Assembly (NCBI GenBank): GCA_035390125.1
Contig: DAOOTD010000002.1
Location: forward strand, 41,908-105,907
Reading direction: 5' to 3'
Source: Candidatus Moraniibacteriota bacterium
Lineage (GTDB): Bacteria > Patescibacteriota > Minisyncoccia > Moranbacterales > GWC2-37-73
Length of the DNA: 64,000 bases
Below, piece by piece: positions 1-9,745 of this stretch (its first letter is position 1; every line of letters starts with the position of its first letter). Under the pieces are notes generated by a model, which was not told where the DNA came from, did not search any database, and worked only from the letters and a program-made list of their open reading frames with translations. The position numbers and the translations under genes are program-made.

Positions 1-2
1 AT

Positions 3-299
3 TCTGTATATAAAAAAGGATTCTGCATTGAAGAAGATGCTCTTTTAATCAAATATTTGAAATCTGAACAACCCTTAAGCCGTATAGGGTTTTCGGTCAG
101 CAAGCATTTTTCCAAGAAAGCCGTATCAAGAAATCGAACAAAAAGAGTGCTCCAAGAAGTTTGTCGATTTTATCTTCCCTCATTAAAAAATGGCTTTGAT
201 ATAGTAATTACCCCAAGACCAAACCAAGAAAGGATTGAATTTAATAAAACAAAGGATATTTTAAATAACATTTTTATAAAAGCTAATTTGTTTAAATAA
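3..299 (+). CDS. rnpA: Ribonuclease P protein component (5' end lies outside the window)
   Basis: RIGFSVSKHFSKKAVSRNRTKR motif; frame is open from the window start; upstream of yidC-jag. Confidence 0.92.
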   Translation, partial: SVYKKGFCIEEDALLIKYLKSEQPLSRIGFSVSKHFSKKAVSRNRTKRVLQEVCRFYLPSLKNGFDIVITPRPNQERIEFNKTKDILNNIFIKANLFK

Positions 300-333
300 T
301 ATTTCTCCAATTGGGAGATTTTGCTAAAACAAA

Positions 334-1059
334 ATGACTATTCTCTTTCATTCACTTATATATCAGCCTCTCTATAATATGCTTATTTTCCTGTATAATA
401 TTGTTCCGGGAAAAGATTTTGGCATATCAATAATCCTTATTACGATACTTCTCAGGATAGTTTTGATCCCTATATATAAAAAACAGATAGAGTCACAGAA
501 AAAAATGCAAGAGTTGCAGCCTAAAATAAAGGAACTGCAAGAAAGAACAAAGGGAAACAAAGAACAACAGACAAAGCAAATGATGGAATTATATAAGGAG
601 CACAAAACAAATCCTTTTTCCGGTTGCCTGCCTCTTATAGTCCAGCTGATTTTCCTCATTGCAATCTATAGGGTTCTGATAACTATTTCAAATAATGGAT
701 TATTAGCAGACACTTCCCAGCTTTATTCTTTTGTTAAAAACCCGGGACAAATAAACCAGTTTTTTATTGGCATAGTTGATCTCACAAAACCAAGTGTTGT
801 AATTGCGGTTTTAGCGGCTATAGCACAGTATTTCCAAACAAAGATGCTGATGAAACAACAACCTAAGGTTGAAAAGAAAAATGATTCTGACAAGCCAGAT
901 TTAGCACAAATGATGAGCAAGCAAATGCTGTATCTTGGTCCAATTATGACTCTTTTCATAGGAATAAAATTTCCCGCAGGACTTTCTCTTTACTGGTTAA
1001 TCGGAACACTATTCATGCTAGTACAGCAGTTTTTGATTGAAAAGAAATCATTACGCTAA
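334..1059 (+). CDS. yidC: Membrane protein insertase YidC/Oxa1 (short form)
   Basis: QPKIKELQ...MELYKEHKTNPFSGCLP and FPAGLSLYW motifs; synteny. Confidence 0.93.
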   Translation: MTILFHSLIYQPLYNMLIFLYNIVPGKDFGISIILITILLRIVLIPIYKKQIESQKKMQELQPKIKELQERTKGNKEQQTKQMMELYKEHKTNPFSGCLPLIVQLIFLIAIYRVLITISNNGLLADTSQLYSFVKNPGQINQFFIGIVDLTKPSVVIAVLAAIAQYFQTKMLMKQQPKVEKKNDSDKPDLAQMMSKQMLYLGPIMTLFIGIKFPAGLSLYWLIGTLFMLVQQFLIEKKSLR

Positions 1060-1080
1060 TTTTTCACAATTTACAAATAT

Positions 1081-1554
1081 ATGGAAGAACAAATAAGCAA
1101 TGACCTCAAAAAAATTATTACGGATTTAATCCAAAAAATGGGTTTTTCTGCTCAGGTTTCTGTTTCAAATTCCAAAGAAAATGACAGCATAATTTGCAAT
1201 CTTTCGACCGACACTGATTCTCATTTTCTCATAGGACAACATGGTACAAATTTACAAGCAATACAACACATTGTCAGGCTTGTTGTAAGAAAAAAAATAT
1301 CAGAAAAAATAAACTTTATTCTTGATGTAAATTCTTATAAACAGCAGAGAAATGAGTCCATAGCAGAACAGGCTCAATCTGCAGCTAAGGAAGCAATAAC
1401 TCAGCATCGCGCAATAATTATGAAACCCATGTCGACATATGAACGCAGGATTGTCCATATGGAGCTTTCAAAAAATCCTAAAGTTTATACAGAAAGCGTT
1501 GGGGAGGGAGATGAGCGAAAAATAATCGTAAAGCCAAAAGATTCTATCGAATAA
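1081..1554 (+). CDS. jag: Jag/KhpB RNA-binding protein (KH + R3H)
   Basis: LIGQHGTNLQAIQH (KH) and MSTYERRIVH (R3H). Confidence 0.9.
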   Translation: MEEQISNDLKKIITDLIQKMGFSAQVSVSNSKENDSIICNLSTDTDSHFLIGQHGTNLQAIQHIVRLVVRKKISEKINFILDVNSYKQQRNESIAEQAQSAAKEAITQHRAIIMKPMSTYERRIVHMELSKNPKVYTESVGEGDERKIIVKPKDSIE

Positions 1555-1572
1555 TTTTAGTTTCATAATTAA

Positions 1573-2988
1573 ATGGCTATCGCACGAAAAATTGCGTATA
1601 ATGTGGTTTTTAATGTAATTACTAAGATTCTTTCAACTATTCTTGCTTTAGTTGGGATAGCTTTTATTACGCGATACCTTGGAACACAAGGCTTCGGTGA
1701 TTATTCTACTGTTTTAGCTTTTTTTTCGTTTTTTGGTTCAATTGCTGATCTTGGATTGTATTCCATAACTGCGCGCGAGATTTCACGACCTGGCGCTGAT
1801 GAAAAAAAAATATTAGGCAATGCCTTTTCCCTTCGCCTACTTTCTTCTGTTACAGTTTTTATTATTACCCCCTGTATTATTTTTTTCCTTCCTTATTCTC
1901 ATGACGTAAAATTGGGAATATTTATCGCAGCAGCTTCTTTTGTTTTTTCTTCAACCTACATGGTTCTTAATGGCGTCTTCCAGAAAAATCTAGCCATGGA
2001 TAAGGTGGCGGGAGCAGAAGTCCTTGGAAAATTACTACAAATTATAATAATAGTACTGGCCGTTAAGAATGATTTAGGATTTACATCCATTGTTCTGTCC
2101 GTGCTTTTCTCTATGATTTTTAATTTTCTTGCTGTTCTTCTCATGGTAAATAAATATATCCCCCTTAAGCTCCAGTTTGATTTTGCTTATTGGAAAAAAT
2201 TCCTTAAAGAATCCCTGCCTCTTGGAATATCTGTTGCAGTTATATTTATGTATTTTAAAATGGACACAATTATTTTGTCTATACTAAAAACAAATGCAGA
2301 AGTTGGCATATACAACGCGGCTTATAAGGTCATAGAAAATGCTTCATTTTTTCCATCCATGATTACGGGTTTAATGTTTCCCCTGTTTTCTTTGCATATT
2401 TTTTCTGATAAAAAAAGATTTTACTATTTAGCCAATGAAACATTCAAGGTTTTCACTATTCTTATCGTACCTATAGTAGTTGGAACACTATTTCTTTCGG
2501 AGGGAATAATAAACCTTATTGGTGGAGCAGCTTTTTCCCAATCAGCTGGAACTCTACGAATTTTGGTTTTTGCTTTGGCTTTTATTTTTTTTGGAGGATT
2601 GTTCAATAATATCCTGATTGCAAGTAATCATCAAAAGAAAATGCTTTGGGTTTTTGTGGCCTGCGCCTTATTCAACATAATTTTTAATATCATTTTCATA
2701 CCTTTATTTTCTTATACCGCTTCCGCTGTCATATCTTCTTTCACTGAATTTTTTGTAGCCTTGGCAGGATTTGTTCTCACTGCAAAATATGTTGGCTACA
2801 TTCCTTTGGTAAAAAATTTTCCTCAGATATTATTGTCTGGGCTAGCCATGGGTGTTTTTCTTTACCTTTTCAGAAATCAGGGATTTTTCTTACTTGCAAT
2901 ATCAAGCTCTTTTGTATATGCGACATTCCTTTGGATAACTAAAACAATAACCTTTAAAGAATTCTCTGAAATTTTCACTACCAAATAA
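1573..2988 (+). CDS. Wzx-type polysaccharide flippase
   Basis: Many TM segments; ITRYLG..GFGDY, DLGL, VGIYNAAYK motifs. Confidence 0.88.
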   Translation: MAIARKIAYNVVFNVITKILSTILALVGIAFITRYLGTQGFGDYSTVLAFFSFFGSIADLGLYSITAREISRPGADEKKILGNAFSLRLLSSVTVFIITPCIIFFLPYSHDVKLGIFIAAASFVFSSTYMVLNGVFQKNLAMDKVAGAEVLGKLLQIIIIVLAVKNDLGFTSIVLSVLFSMIFNFLAVLLMVNKYIPLKLQFDFAYWKKFLKESLPLGISVAVIFMYFKMDTIILSILKTNAEVGIYNAAYKVIENASFFPSMITGLMFPLFSLHIFSDKKRFYYLANETFKVFTILIVPIVVGTLFLSEGIINLIGGAAFSQSAGTLRILVFALAFIFFGGLFNNILIASNHQKKMLWVFVACALFNIIFNIIFIPLFSYTASAVISSFTEFFVALAGFVLTAKYVGYIPLVKNFPQILLSGLAMGVFLYLFRNQGFFLLAISSSFVYATFLWITKTITFKEFSEIFTTK

Positions 2989-3015
2989 AATACTAGGAGA
3001 TGGCAATAATTTATT

Positions 3016-3891
3016 ATGAGCGAAAAAATATATCCAAAAATTTCTGTCATTGTACTTAATTTTAATGGCAAAAAAACTCTCGACAATTGCTTGTCATCGG
3101 TCTTTCATTCTGATTATTCCAATTTTGATGTTGTGGTTGTAGACAATAATTCTGAAGACGGATCACTAGAACAAGCGATGAAACTTTTTTCCCGTGCATA
3201 TTTTATTAAAAACGATGATAATGTTGGTTTTTCCAAGGGAAATAATATTGGAATCCGCTATGCTTTGGAAAAATTTGCCGACTATGTTTTTATTTTGAAT
3301 AATGACACGCTTGTTGAAAAAAATACTCTTTCCTTATTGATTGATGCTATGGAAAATTATCCTTTGGCTGGAATCGGAAGTCCTTTGGTTTTCACTCCTG
3401 ATAACACAAGCATTTGGTTTGCTGGAGGAAATATCCATTGGAAAAAAATGAAAGCCAGTCATTTGCACAAGATAGAATCGGAAGCTCCATATCCGACCGA
3501 ATATATAAGTGGCTGTGCCATGCTTGTCAAAAAGGATGTTTTTAAAAAAATAGGCCTTTTTGATGAAAGATTTTTTCTTTATTACGAAGATGCTGACTTT
3601 TCTTTTAGAACAAAAGAGGCTGGCTTTAAATTAATAATTATTCCTTCAGCACATATAAGGCATTTTGAGCAAAGCAATGCAATTAATAAAATGAAGGCTT
3701 ATTGGCTAGTTTTATCTGGTCTTATTTTTTTTCGCACTCATTCTTCTTTCTTGAATAAGCTTTGGATCTTTTTTGTATATATTCCGCTCAGAAAATTGAA
3801 AAATTACTACGACGTGTGTTTCGGAAAAAATAATGTTGCGCGTGATGTGCAAAAAGCTTATAAAGATTTTAAAAATGCTTTTAAAAAGTAA
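3016..3891 (+). CDS. Glycosyltransferase family 2
   Basis: VVVDNNSEDGS, ILNND, FDERFFLYYEDAD. Confidence 0.9.
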   Translation: MSEKIYPKISVIVLNFNGKKTLDNCLSSVFHSDYSNFDVVVVDNNSEDGSLEQAMKLFSRAYFIKNDDNVGFSKGNNIGIRYALEKFADYVFILNNDTLVEKNTLSLLIDAMENYPLAGIGSPLVFTPDNTSIWFAGGNIHWKKMKASHLHKIESEAPYPTEYISGCAMLVKKDVFKKIGLFDERFFLYYEDADFSFRTKEAGFKLIIIPSAHIRHFEQSNAINKMKAYWLVLSGLIFFRTHSSFLNKLWIFFVYIPLRKLKNYYDVCFGKNNVARDVQKAYKDFKNAFKK

Positions 3892-4670
3892 TGGATGTCT
3901 CTTTTATTATTATTAATTATAGGAGCAGGAATTTTTTAGAAAATTGTATAAAATCCATATTTAAATATGCCACAAATTTTTCCTTTGAGGTTATTATAAT
4001 AAACAACGATAGAGAAGCATTAGAAAAAATCTTAGATTCATATGATTTAAAAATAGTGGAAAATAATTTAAACAAGGGCTTTTCTCACGCTTCAAATCTG
4101 GGAGCTGAAAAAGCGACAGGCAAAATATTGTTTTTTTTAAACGCTGATACTGAACTCACGGATTATAACATCATTGACATTAAGAATTCTTTCAATGATC
4201 CACTTATTGGTGCAGCTGCGCCAAAGCTAATATTGCCGAATGGGCATCCTCAGTCTTGGGGGGCTGGTTATGAAATAACTTTTTGGGATATCATTAAAAA
4301 CAATTTAGGATACATAAAAAGCAAAGCTGTTTGGTTTAAACAAGAAATCAGTGAGGTTGATTGGGCAAGTGGAGCTGCTTTAGCTGTTTCAAAAGAAGTT
4401 TTTGAAAAATGCCATGGGTTTGATGAAAATTTTTTCATGTATTTCGAAGATGTTGATTTGTGCAGACGCATAAGAAATATGGGCAAAAAAATTATACTTT
4501 TCCCAAATGCCCATGTTATCCATAATGGCGGCCAAAGTAAATTAAATGCAAAAAAACAAAAGGAACAATACTATCTGTCACAGGATTACTATTTTAAAAA
4601 GAACTTTGGCACGATTTATTATTTCATGATAAGGACAATCAGAAGTATTTTTTTATTTTTTATAGGATAA
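3891..4670 (+). CDS. Glycosyltransferase family 2
   Basis: FLNAD, GFDENFFMYFEDVDLC; start overlaps the upstream stop. Confidence 0.9.
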   Translation: MDVSFIIINYRSRNFLENCIKSIFKYATNFSFEVIIINNDREALEKILDSYDLKIVENNLNKGFSHASNLGAEKATGKILFFLNADTELTDYNIIDIKNSFNDPLIGAAAPKLILPNGHPQSWGAGYEITFWDIIKNNLGYIKSKAVWFKQEISEVDWASGAALAVSKEVFEKCHGFDENFFMYFEDVDLCRRIRNMGKKIILFPNAHVIHNGGQSKLNAKKQKEQYYLSQDYYFKKNFGTIYYFMIRTIRSIFLFFIG

Positions 4671-4680
4671 TCTTTGTCTC

Positions 4681-5934
4681 ATGTTTTATAAAATTTTTCT
4701 GATTTTTTGCGCATTTTTGCCGTTTCAATTTGCTCTAAACCCGCTGGAAGGAGTCGATTTAGCCGTGTCCAGAATAATCATACCTTTGCTGTTTATTTTT
4801 TGGATAATCATTTCAATAAAGAACAAATATCCACTGATTATAAAAAATAAAATAACTTACTCTCTTGTTCTTTTTGCTTTACTTGCTGTCATTTCTCTTT
4901 GTTTTTCTCAAAAAATAAGCTGGTCATTGAAAAAATTAATGTTTCTTTTTTCTTTGATGCCTGTTTATTTTATTGCTGCCCACCTATTTTATGAAAAATA
5001 CCGACAACGTAAAATAATCATTGCTCTTGTTGCTGGTGCAGGTATTATTTCCCTTTTTGGACTCTTCCAGTTTGCTTCTCAATTTATTTTTGGAATAGAT
5101 TTTGTTTATTCGTTTTTAGCAGAAAAGATTGCTCCATTTTTTCTCGGAAATTCGTTCTCGAAAGAAGTTCTTTCTTATCCCAGCTGGCTAGTCAACAGTG
5201 ACGGATCTACCTATATGCGTACAATTGCAAACTTTCCCGATCCACATATGTTTTCCTATTATCTTGAAATGCTTATGCCTTGGTCCCTGGTTCTTTGGGC
5301 GACAGCAACTAAATATAAAAAAGCTTTTCTTCTTATTTTTGTTTCGATATTACTGGCTGATATTTTTACTTTTACGCGCGGAAGTTATGTCGCCATCATT
5401 GCTGGCACATTGACGACTTTGCCTTTAGTCTCCAGGCGTGTGGTTAAAAAATTATTGGCTGGAGTTTTGTTTTTTGTCTTATTAATCATGCTTGTTCCGC
5501 ATAACCCAGTTGCTGGCAGACTCATATCAACTTTTGACGTGCAAGAAGGTTCCAATAAAGCAAGAATTTCCAACTGGCAACAAGCATTGGAAATTATAAC
5601 AGAAAAACCCTTGGGAGTAGGTATAGGAGCCTATTCGCTTGAAATCAAGCCAGATGCTGATTATCGCGAGCCTATTTATGCCCACAATTTATACCTGGAT
5701 ATAGCCAGCGAACTTGGTGTTTTGGCGACAGGTGTTTTTCTTTTTCTTTTGCTTTATGTTTTTATTGTTTTTTGGAAAAATGCCAAAAAAAATCCTTTTT
5801 TTATAGCTGGAGTTGCCAGCATAACTATTTTTTCCATTCATTCATTATTTGAAAATCCATTGTTCTCTGTTCATGTCTTAATTCTTTTCTTTATTATTAT
5901 CGCTTTAAGTTCTGCTGTTGAAAAATATGAATAA
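4681..5934 (+). CDS. O-antigen ligase/Wzy_C family membrane protein
   Basis: Multi-TM; TFTRGSY, RISNWQQA, PLGVGIG, AHNLYL. Confidence 0.85.
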   Translation: MFYKIFLIFCAFLPFQFALNPLEGVDLAVSRIIIPLLFIFWIIISIKNKYPLIIKNKITYSLVLFALLAVISLCFSQKISWSLKKLMFLFSLMPVYFIAAHLFYEKYRQRKIIIALVAGAGIISLFGLFQFASQFIFGIDFVYSFLAEKIAPFFLGNSFSKEVLSYPSWLVNSDGSTYMRTIANFPDPHMFSYYLEMLMPWSLVLWATATKYKKAFLLIFVSILLADIFTFTRGSYVAIIAGTLTTLPLVSRRVVKKLLAGVLFFVLLIMLVPHNPVAGRLISTFDVQEGSNKARISNWQQALEIITEKPLGVGIGAYSLEIKPDADYREPIYAHNLYLDIASELGVLATGVFLFLLLYVFIVFWKNAKKNPFFIAGVASITIFSIHSLFENPLFSVHVLILFFIIIALSSAVEKYE

Positions 5935-7135
5935 AATACTTTCTATTGAAAATTTTTTCTGCTTGGTTATTTTCAGCCTGCCCTTATATTTGTACCGCTT
6001 AAGCCTTGGAGGAATATCAACCAATCTTTTCGAGATATTAGCGGTTTCAGTTATGTTTTTTTCATTCTTTAAGAGAAAAAAATTATTTATAAATGATTTT
6101 TACGGCCTGCCAAAATATTTTATTGCTTCTGTTGTTCTTGTTGTAACGGGAGTTTTATTTTCAATACTTCTGAATAATTCTTATGCTTCGGGCTTTTCCA
6201 TTTTCAAGAGCTGGTTTATTTTGCCGATTATTTTTTCTTTTATGCTCTATGTTTTTTTGGACTCGGAAATTTTTCTTGAAAAAATATTCATGACAATTTT
6301 TCTTTCTACCGCACTCGTTGGCGCCATAAGCATTGTCTATAAAATATTGGGAATTGTAACTTATGACAATCGCTTGCAATCTTTTTATTTGTCTCCTAAC
6401 TATCTGGCTATGTATATTGCTCCAGGAATATTTTTCGGTTTTTATTTTTTAGCCAAGTCTTTCAGAAAAAATGCGTATGGATACGGTTTTTTTACAAATG
6501 TTTTTTTGCTGTTGCTTGTTTTATCGCCTTTATATTATACCTATTCCTATGGGGCATGGATGGCCGCTTGCACTTCTTTTTTGGTTTTAATAGTACTTGC
6601 TGCAAAAAAAAGGAAGTTTCTGTTTATAGCGATCTTTCTTTTAACTATTGCAGCTGCATTTGTACTTCAGATAAATTCTCCCAAGTTTTTAGATTTGTTT
6701 TCTGAAAGATCATCCTGGGCATCTCGGACTATGGTTTGGAAAGCTTCTGTGCTTATGATTAAACAAAATCCAGTTTGGGGGGTTGGACCAGGAAATTTTC
6801 AGACAAATTATCTTTCTCTTCAGAAATATTTTCCTCCTTATTTACAATGGGCAGTTCCAGAACCTCATAATATTTTCTTGGCTTTTTGGATACAGACTGG
6901 CCTGCTTGGTTTAGCTGGTTTTTTATTTTTATTATTCTATGTTTTCCGAATTCTCTTGGATATTTTAAGAGATAACAAAAAAAATGCAGCTTTTGCTGCA
7001 CCTATTTTTGGTTTTTTTCTTTACACTGTTTTACACGGATTGATAGATACTCCTTACTGGAAAAATGATCTCTCTTTTCTGTTTTGGGTTTGTGTTTTTT
7101 TAACTCTTGTTGTTTATAAAAAATATAAACATTAA
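5927..7135 (+). CDS. O-antigen ligase/Wzy_C family membrane protein
   Basis: SPNYLA, RTMVWK, GVGPGNF, PHNIFL; start uncertain (5918 or 5927). Confidence 0.85.
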   Translation: MNKILSIENFFCLVIFSLPLYLYRLSLGGISTNLFEILAVSVMFFSFFKRKKLFINDFYGLPKYFIASVVLVVTGVLFSILLNNSYASGFSIFKSWFILPIIFSFMLYVFLDSEIFLEKIFMTIFLSTALVGAISIVYKILGIVTYDNRLQSFYLSPNYLAMYIAPGIFFGFYFLAKSFRKNAYGYGFFTNVFLLLLVLSPLYYTYSYGAWMAACTSFLVLIVLAAKKRKFLFIAIFLLTIAAAFVLQINSPKFLDLFSERSSWASRTMVWKASVLMIKQNPVWGVGPGNFQTNYLSLQKYFPPYLQWAVPEPHNIFLAFWIQTGLLGLAGFLFLLFYVFRILLDILRDNKKNAAFAAPIFGFFLYTVLHGLIDTPYWKNDLSFLFWVCVFLTLVVYKKYKH

Positions 7136-7175
7136 TAACTTTCTTCCACTTTCGTTTTTCATTTTTCTATTTTGT

Positions 7176-8297
7176 TTACATTTCAATTCTGTACAATTTG
7201 CCGTCAATTTTATTTACAAAATAAAGAAAGTCTTCAGTTTTGGAAAGAAATAAATTGCTTGAATCGTATTTTTTGGGAATGTTTGCTGAACTTACCACAC
7301 GCTCTTTCTTGGCTGTAGCAACATCCATTTTCCAAAAAGTATCTTCGGTTGTAAATTTGTTTTCTTGGTAATCGTTTGGCATAACAGCCTTATCGGGTAT
7401 CCCTCCGGGAAGAGCATAATAAATGGTCTTTCCGTCAGATGACCACACACACTTTGAAACCATGGTGGGTATGTTTAAATCATGATACTCGCCACTGCTT
7501 GTTACCAGCCCAAGCGTGGTTATCTTGCTGTTTTCACTAGCCAAGGAACTTACAAGCGCCTGTGTTCCATCCGGAGACCATAAGTAATCCGCTCCATGTT
7601 TCCCCCTAAAAATAGTTTGGGGCTGACCACTGATTGCGTTTACTATTATTAATTGTGATTCTTGCCCTGCGTCAGGATAATTCCAGTAGGAAACATTGGG
7701 AGTTGATGGAACAGCGGACATGGATATTTTTCTGAAATCTATATTGGCAAGCTTCTGCCAGTTTCCTCCGTCCGGATCAGCTATGTTTAAAGATCTTTCC
7801 TTTTTTATCGAGTCATAATATTTATAGAAAATTTTTGCACCTGCATTGTCCCAAACAACTAGGTCGGTGCCATCTTTTAATCTGGTACCCTTTTTGTTTT
7901 GGTGATCATAGGCATAAAAATAAGTCTGCCCATCTTTTTTGAAAGTTGTCAGAACCTTTTTGTGGTCAAGAGACCACAACGCGCCAGCCAGACCATCGAG
8001 CTTGGTCGGGTCTATTTGTTTTTCTCCACTGCCGTTCTCAATCGCTTGCCAAACAGTTCCGTCTTCTGCCGAATAAAAAACTATTGTTCCGTTTTTTTCG
8101 TCAAAAAATGGGCTCATTACTTCCTGATCAGAAACTGATTTTATTTTTTCAGGTATTTTTTGCGGAACCATTTCTTTGTTTTCCTCTGGCTGGACAATTT
8201 TTTCCGGAACATCTTGTTTAAAAGCAAAGTTATATATGCCTAAAAAAAAGAGAATGAATACGAGCAAGGCTGAGGAAAATATAAAAATTTTTTTCAT
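7176..8297 (-). CDS. Membrane-anchored beta-propeller (TolB/WD40-like) protein
   Basis: N-terminal TM helix; repeated WSxDG motifs. Confidence 0.6.
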   Translation of the reverse strand: MKKIFIFSSALLVFILFFLGIYNFAFKQDVPEKIVQPEENKEMVPQKIPEKIKSVSDQEVMSPFFDEKNGTIVFYSAEDGTVWQAIENGSGEKQIDPTKLDGLAGALWSLDHKKVLTTFKKDGQTYFYAYDHQNKKGTRLKDGTDLVVWDNAGAKIFYKYYDSIKKERSLNIADPDGGNWQKLANIDFRKISMSAVPSTPNVSYWNYPDAGQESQLIIVNAISGQPQTIFRGKHGADYLWSPDGTQALVSSLASENSKITTLGLVTSSGEYHDLNIPTMVSKCVWSSDGKTIYYALPGGIPDKAVMPNDYQENKFTTEDTFWKMDVATAKKERVVSSANIPKKYDSSNLFLSKTEDFLYFVNKIDGKLYRIEM

Positions 8298-8315
8298 AAA
8301 TATTTTGTATTGTTA

Positions 8316-9218
8316 TTAATTGCAAGCTGAAGACATTTTGGGCTTTTCGAAGTGCCAGGGCTCAGAAGCAAGAACGCAAAAACCTTTTTCTTTCATTGCA
8401 TCGATAAGGGGTTTTTGTATTCGTTTGCAATTGCCAATATCTTTTAAACATTGTTTTTGATAAATAACTTGAGCTCCGCCTTTGGCAACCCATATGTCTG
8501 CCGCTGCGCCCACGCAATGTGGACATCTCTTGAGAGAATCTCTTCCGTTTTTTAGTGTGTTGGTTGGTATCCTGCATTGACTTGATCTTTTTGTAGTAGG
8601 ATAACTTCCACAGTTTTGTATCACTAGCGCCTTCTGTTCCTCGAAAGTCCTGATGCCAGAAGTTACTATCGTTTTCACGCCTTTGCTATTAGCATAATCT
8701 AGCGCCTCGATAAACGGCTGGCTAAGTGGCTTGGTGTTGCGTGATTTGCTTTGGGCTATATCTCTTGGTGTCGGCGCTGGTGTTGGTCCAGGAGATATTG
8801 CGTCTTCATCTTCTGCTCCTTCTTCAATAATTACCGGCACAAAAGCTATATTTATATTAGTAAGATCGGGGTTGATGACATATACAATCAGATAAGCTGA
8901 CATGGCCGCCACAATGCCCAGCAGAGAATCAGCAATCAATTGCTTGGCGGTTTCAGCTCTGGCAGTGTTGCCTGCGCTGGTCATATACCAAAATCCGCCT
9001 ATGGTTATCATAAAAAGTCCGGCGATGCCAACTGTCCAGATGCCGAATTTATAGATGGCTAGGATCAGATCCGGAAAACTCTCAACCTTTGCGCCTGCAT
9101 CATAAAAACCAGGAATACCTTGTAGCAGTTTGTATTCCATTATCGCAGCCTGAGTTGTGTTGCTTAGTCCCCAAAAAAGAAAAAGGGCTATGGGGATAAT
9201 TAAAAAAAATTTTTTCAT
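8316..9218 (-). CDS. CPR pilin (TrbC/VirB2-like) fused to an M15-family peptidase domain
   Basis: Signal peptide, GGFWYMTSAGN...INPDL pilin motif; C-terminal SGIRTFEEQ, H..G.AAD, EPWHF. Confidence 0.75.
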   Translation of the reverse strand: MKKFFLIIPIALFLFWGLSNTTQAAIMEYKLLQGIPGFYDAGAKVESFPDLILAIYKFGIWTVGIAGLFMITIGGFWYMTSAGNTARAETAKQLIADSLLGIVAAMSAYLIVYVINPDLTNINIAFVPVIIEEGAEDEDAISPGPTPAPTPRDIAQSKSRNTKPLSQPFIEALDYANSKGVKTIVTSGIRTFEEQKALVIQNCGSYPTTKRSSQCRIPTNTLKNGRDSLKRCPHCVGAAADIWVAKGGAQVIYQKQCLKDIGNCKRIQKPLIDAMKEKGFCVLASEPWHFEKPKMSSACN

Positions 9219-9533
9219 TTTAATTCTTTTGGGTATAATGCAATTCTGTTTTTTATTGATTATTATTACTCTCCGGACTGAAAGGTTCTCTGGATAATAC
9301 TTAGATCAACTTTTGTAAGATCGGGATTGATGATATATAAAATCAGATAAGCTGACATGGCCGCCACAATGCCCAGCAGAGAATCAGCAATCAATTGCTT
9401 GGCGGTTTCAGCTCTGGCAGTGTTGCCTGCGCTGGTCATATACCAAAATCCGCCTATGGTTATCATAAAAAGTCCGGCGATGCCAACTGTCCAGATGCCG
9501 AATTTATAGATGGCTAGGATCAGATCCGGAAAA
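8886..9533. repeat. 193-bp identical direct repeat (8886-9078 = 9341-9533) encoding the pilin core
   Basis: Base-by-base comparison found no mismatch. Confidence 0.92.
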
Positions 9534-9673
9534 TTATCCACAGTTTCGCCTGCAGCGTAAAAGCCAGGAATCCCTTGCAGTAGATTGTACTTCATTTCTA
9601 CACCATGAACTGCTCTGCCTAAAAATAAAGAGGATAGAAAACTTATTGCTATAATTATTTTTTTTCTTTTCAT
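9266..9673 (-). CDS. CPR pilin (TrbC/VirB2-like)
   Basis: Signal peptide, two hydrophobic helices, GGFWYMTSAGN...INPDL. Confidence 0.78.
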   Translation of the reverse strand: MKRKKIIIAISFLSSLFLGRAVHGVEMKYNLLQGIPGFYAAGETVDNFPDLILAIYKFGIWTVGIAGLFMITIGGFWYMTSAGNTARAETAKQLIADSLLGIVAAMSAYLILYIINPDLTKVDLSIIQRTFQSGE

Positions 9674-9745
9674 TTTTGTTTTATCTCATAATTATTCTTA
9701 TTGAAATTTTTTAAAACATTTTTAAACAAGCTATCCATTTTGTTT

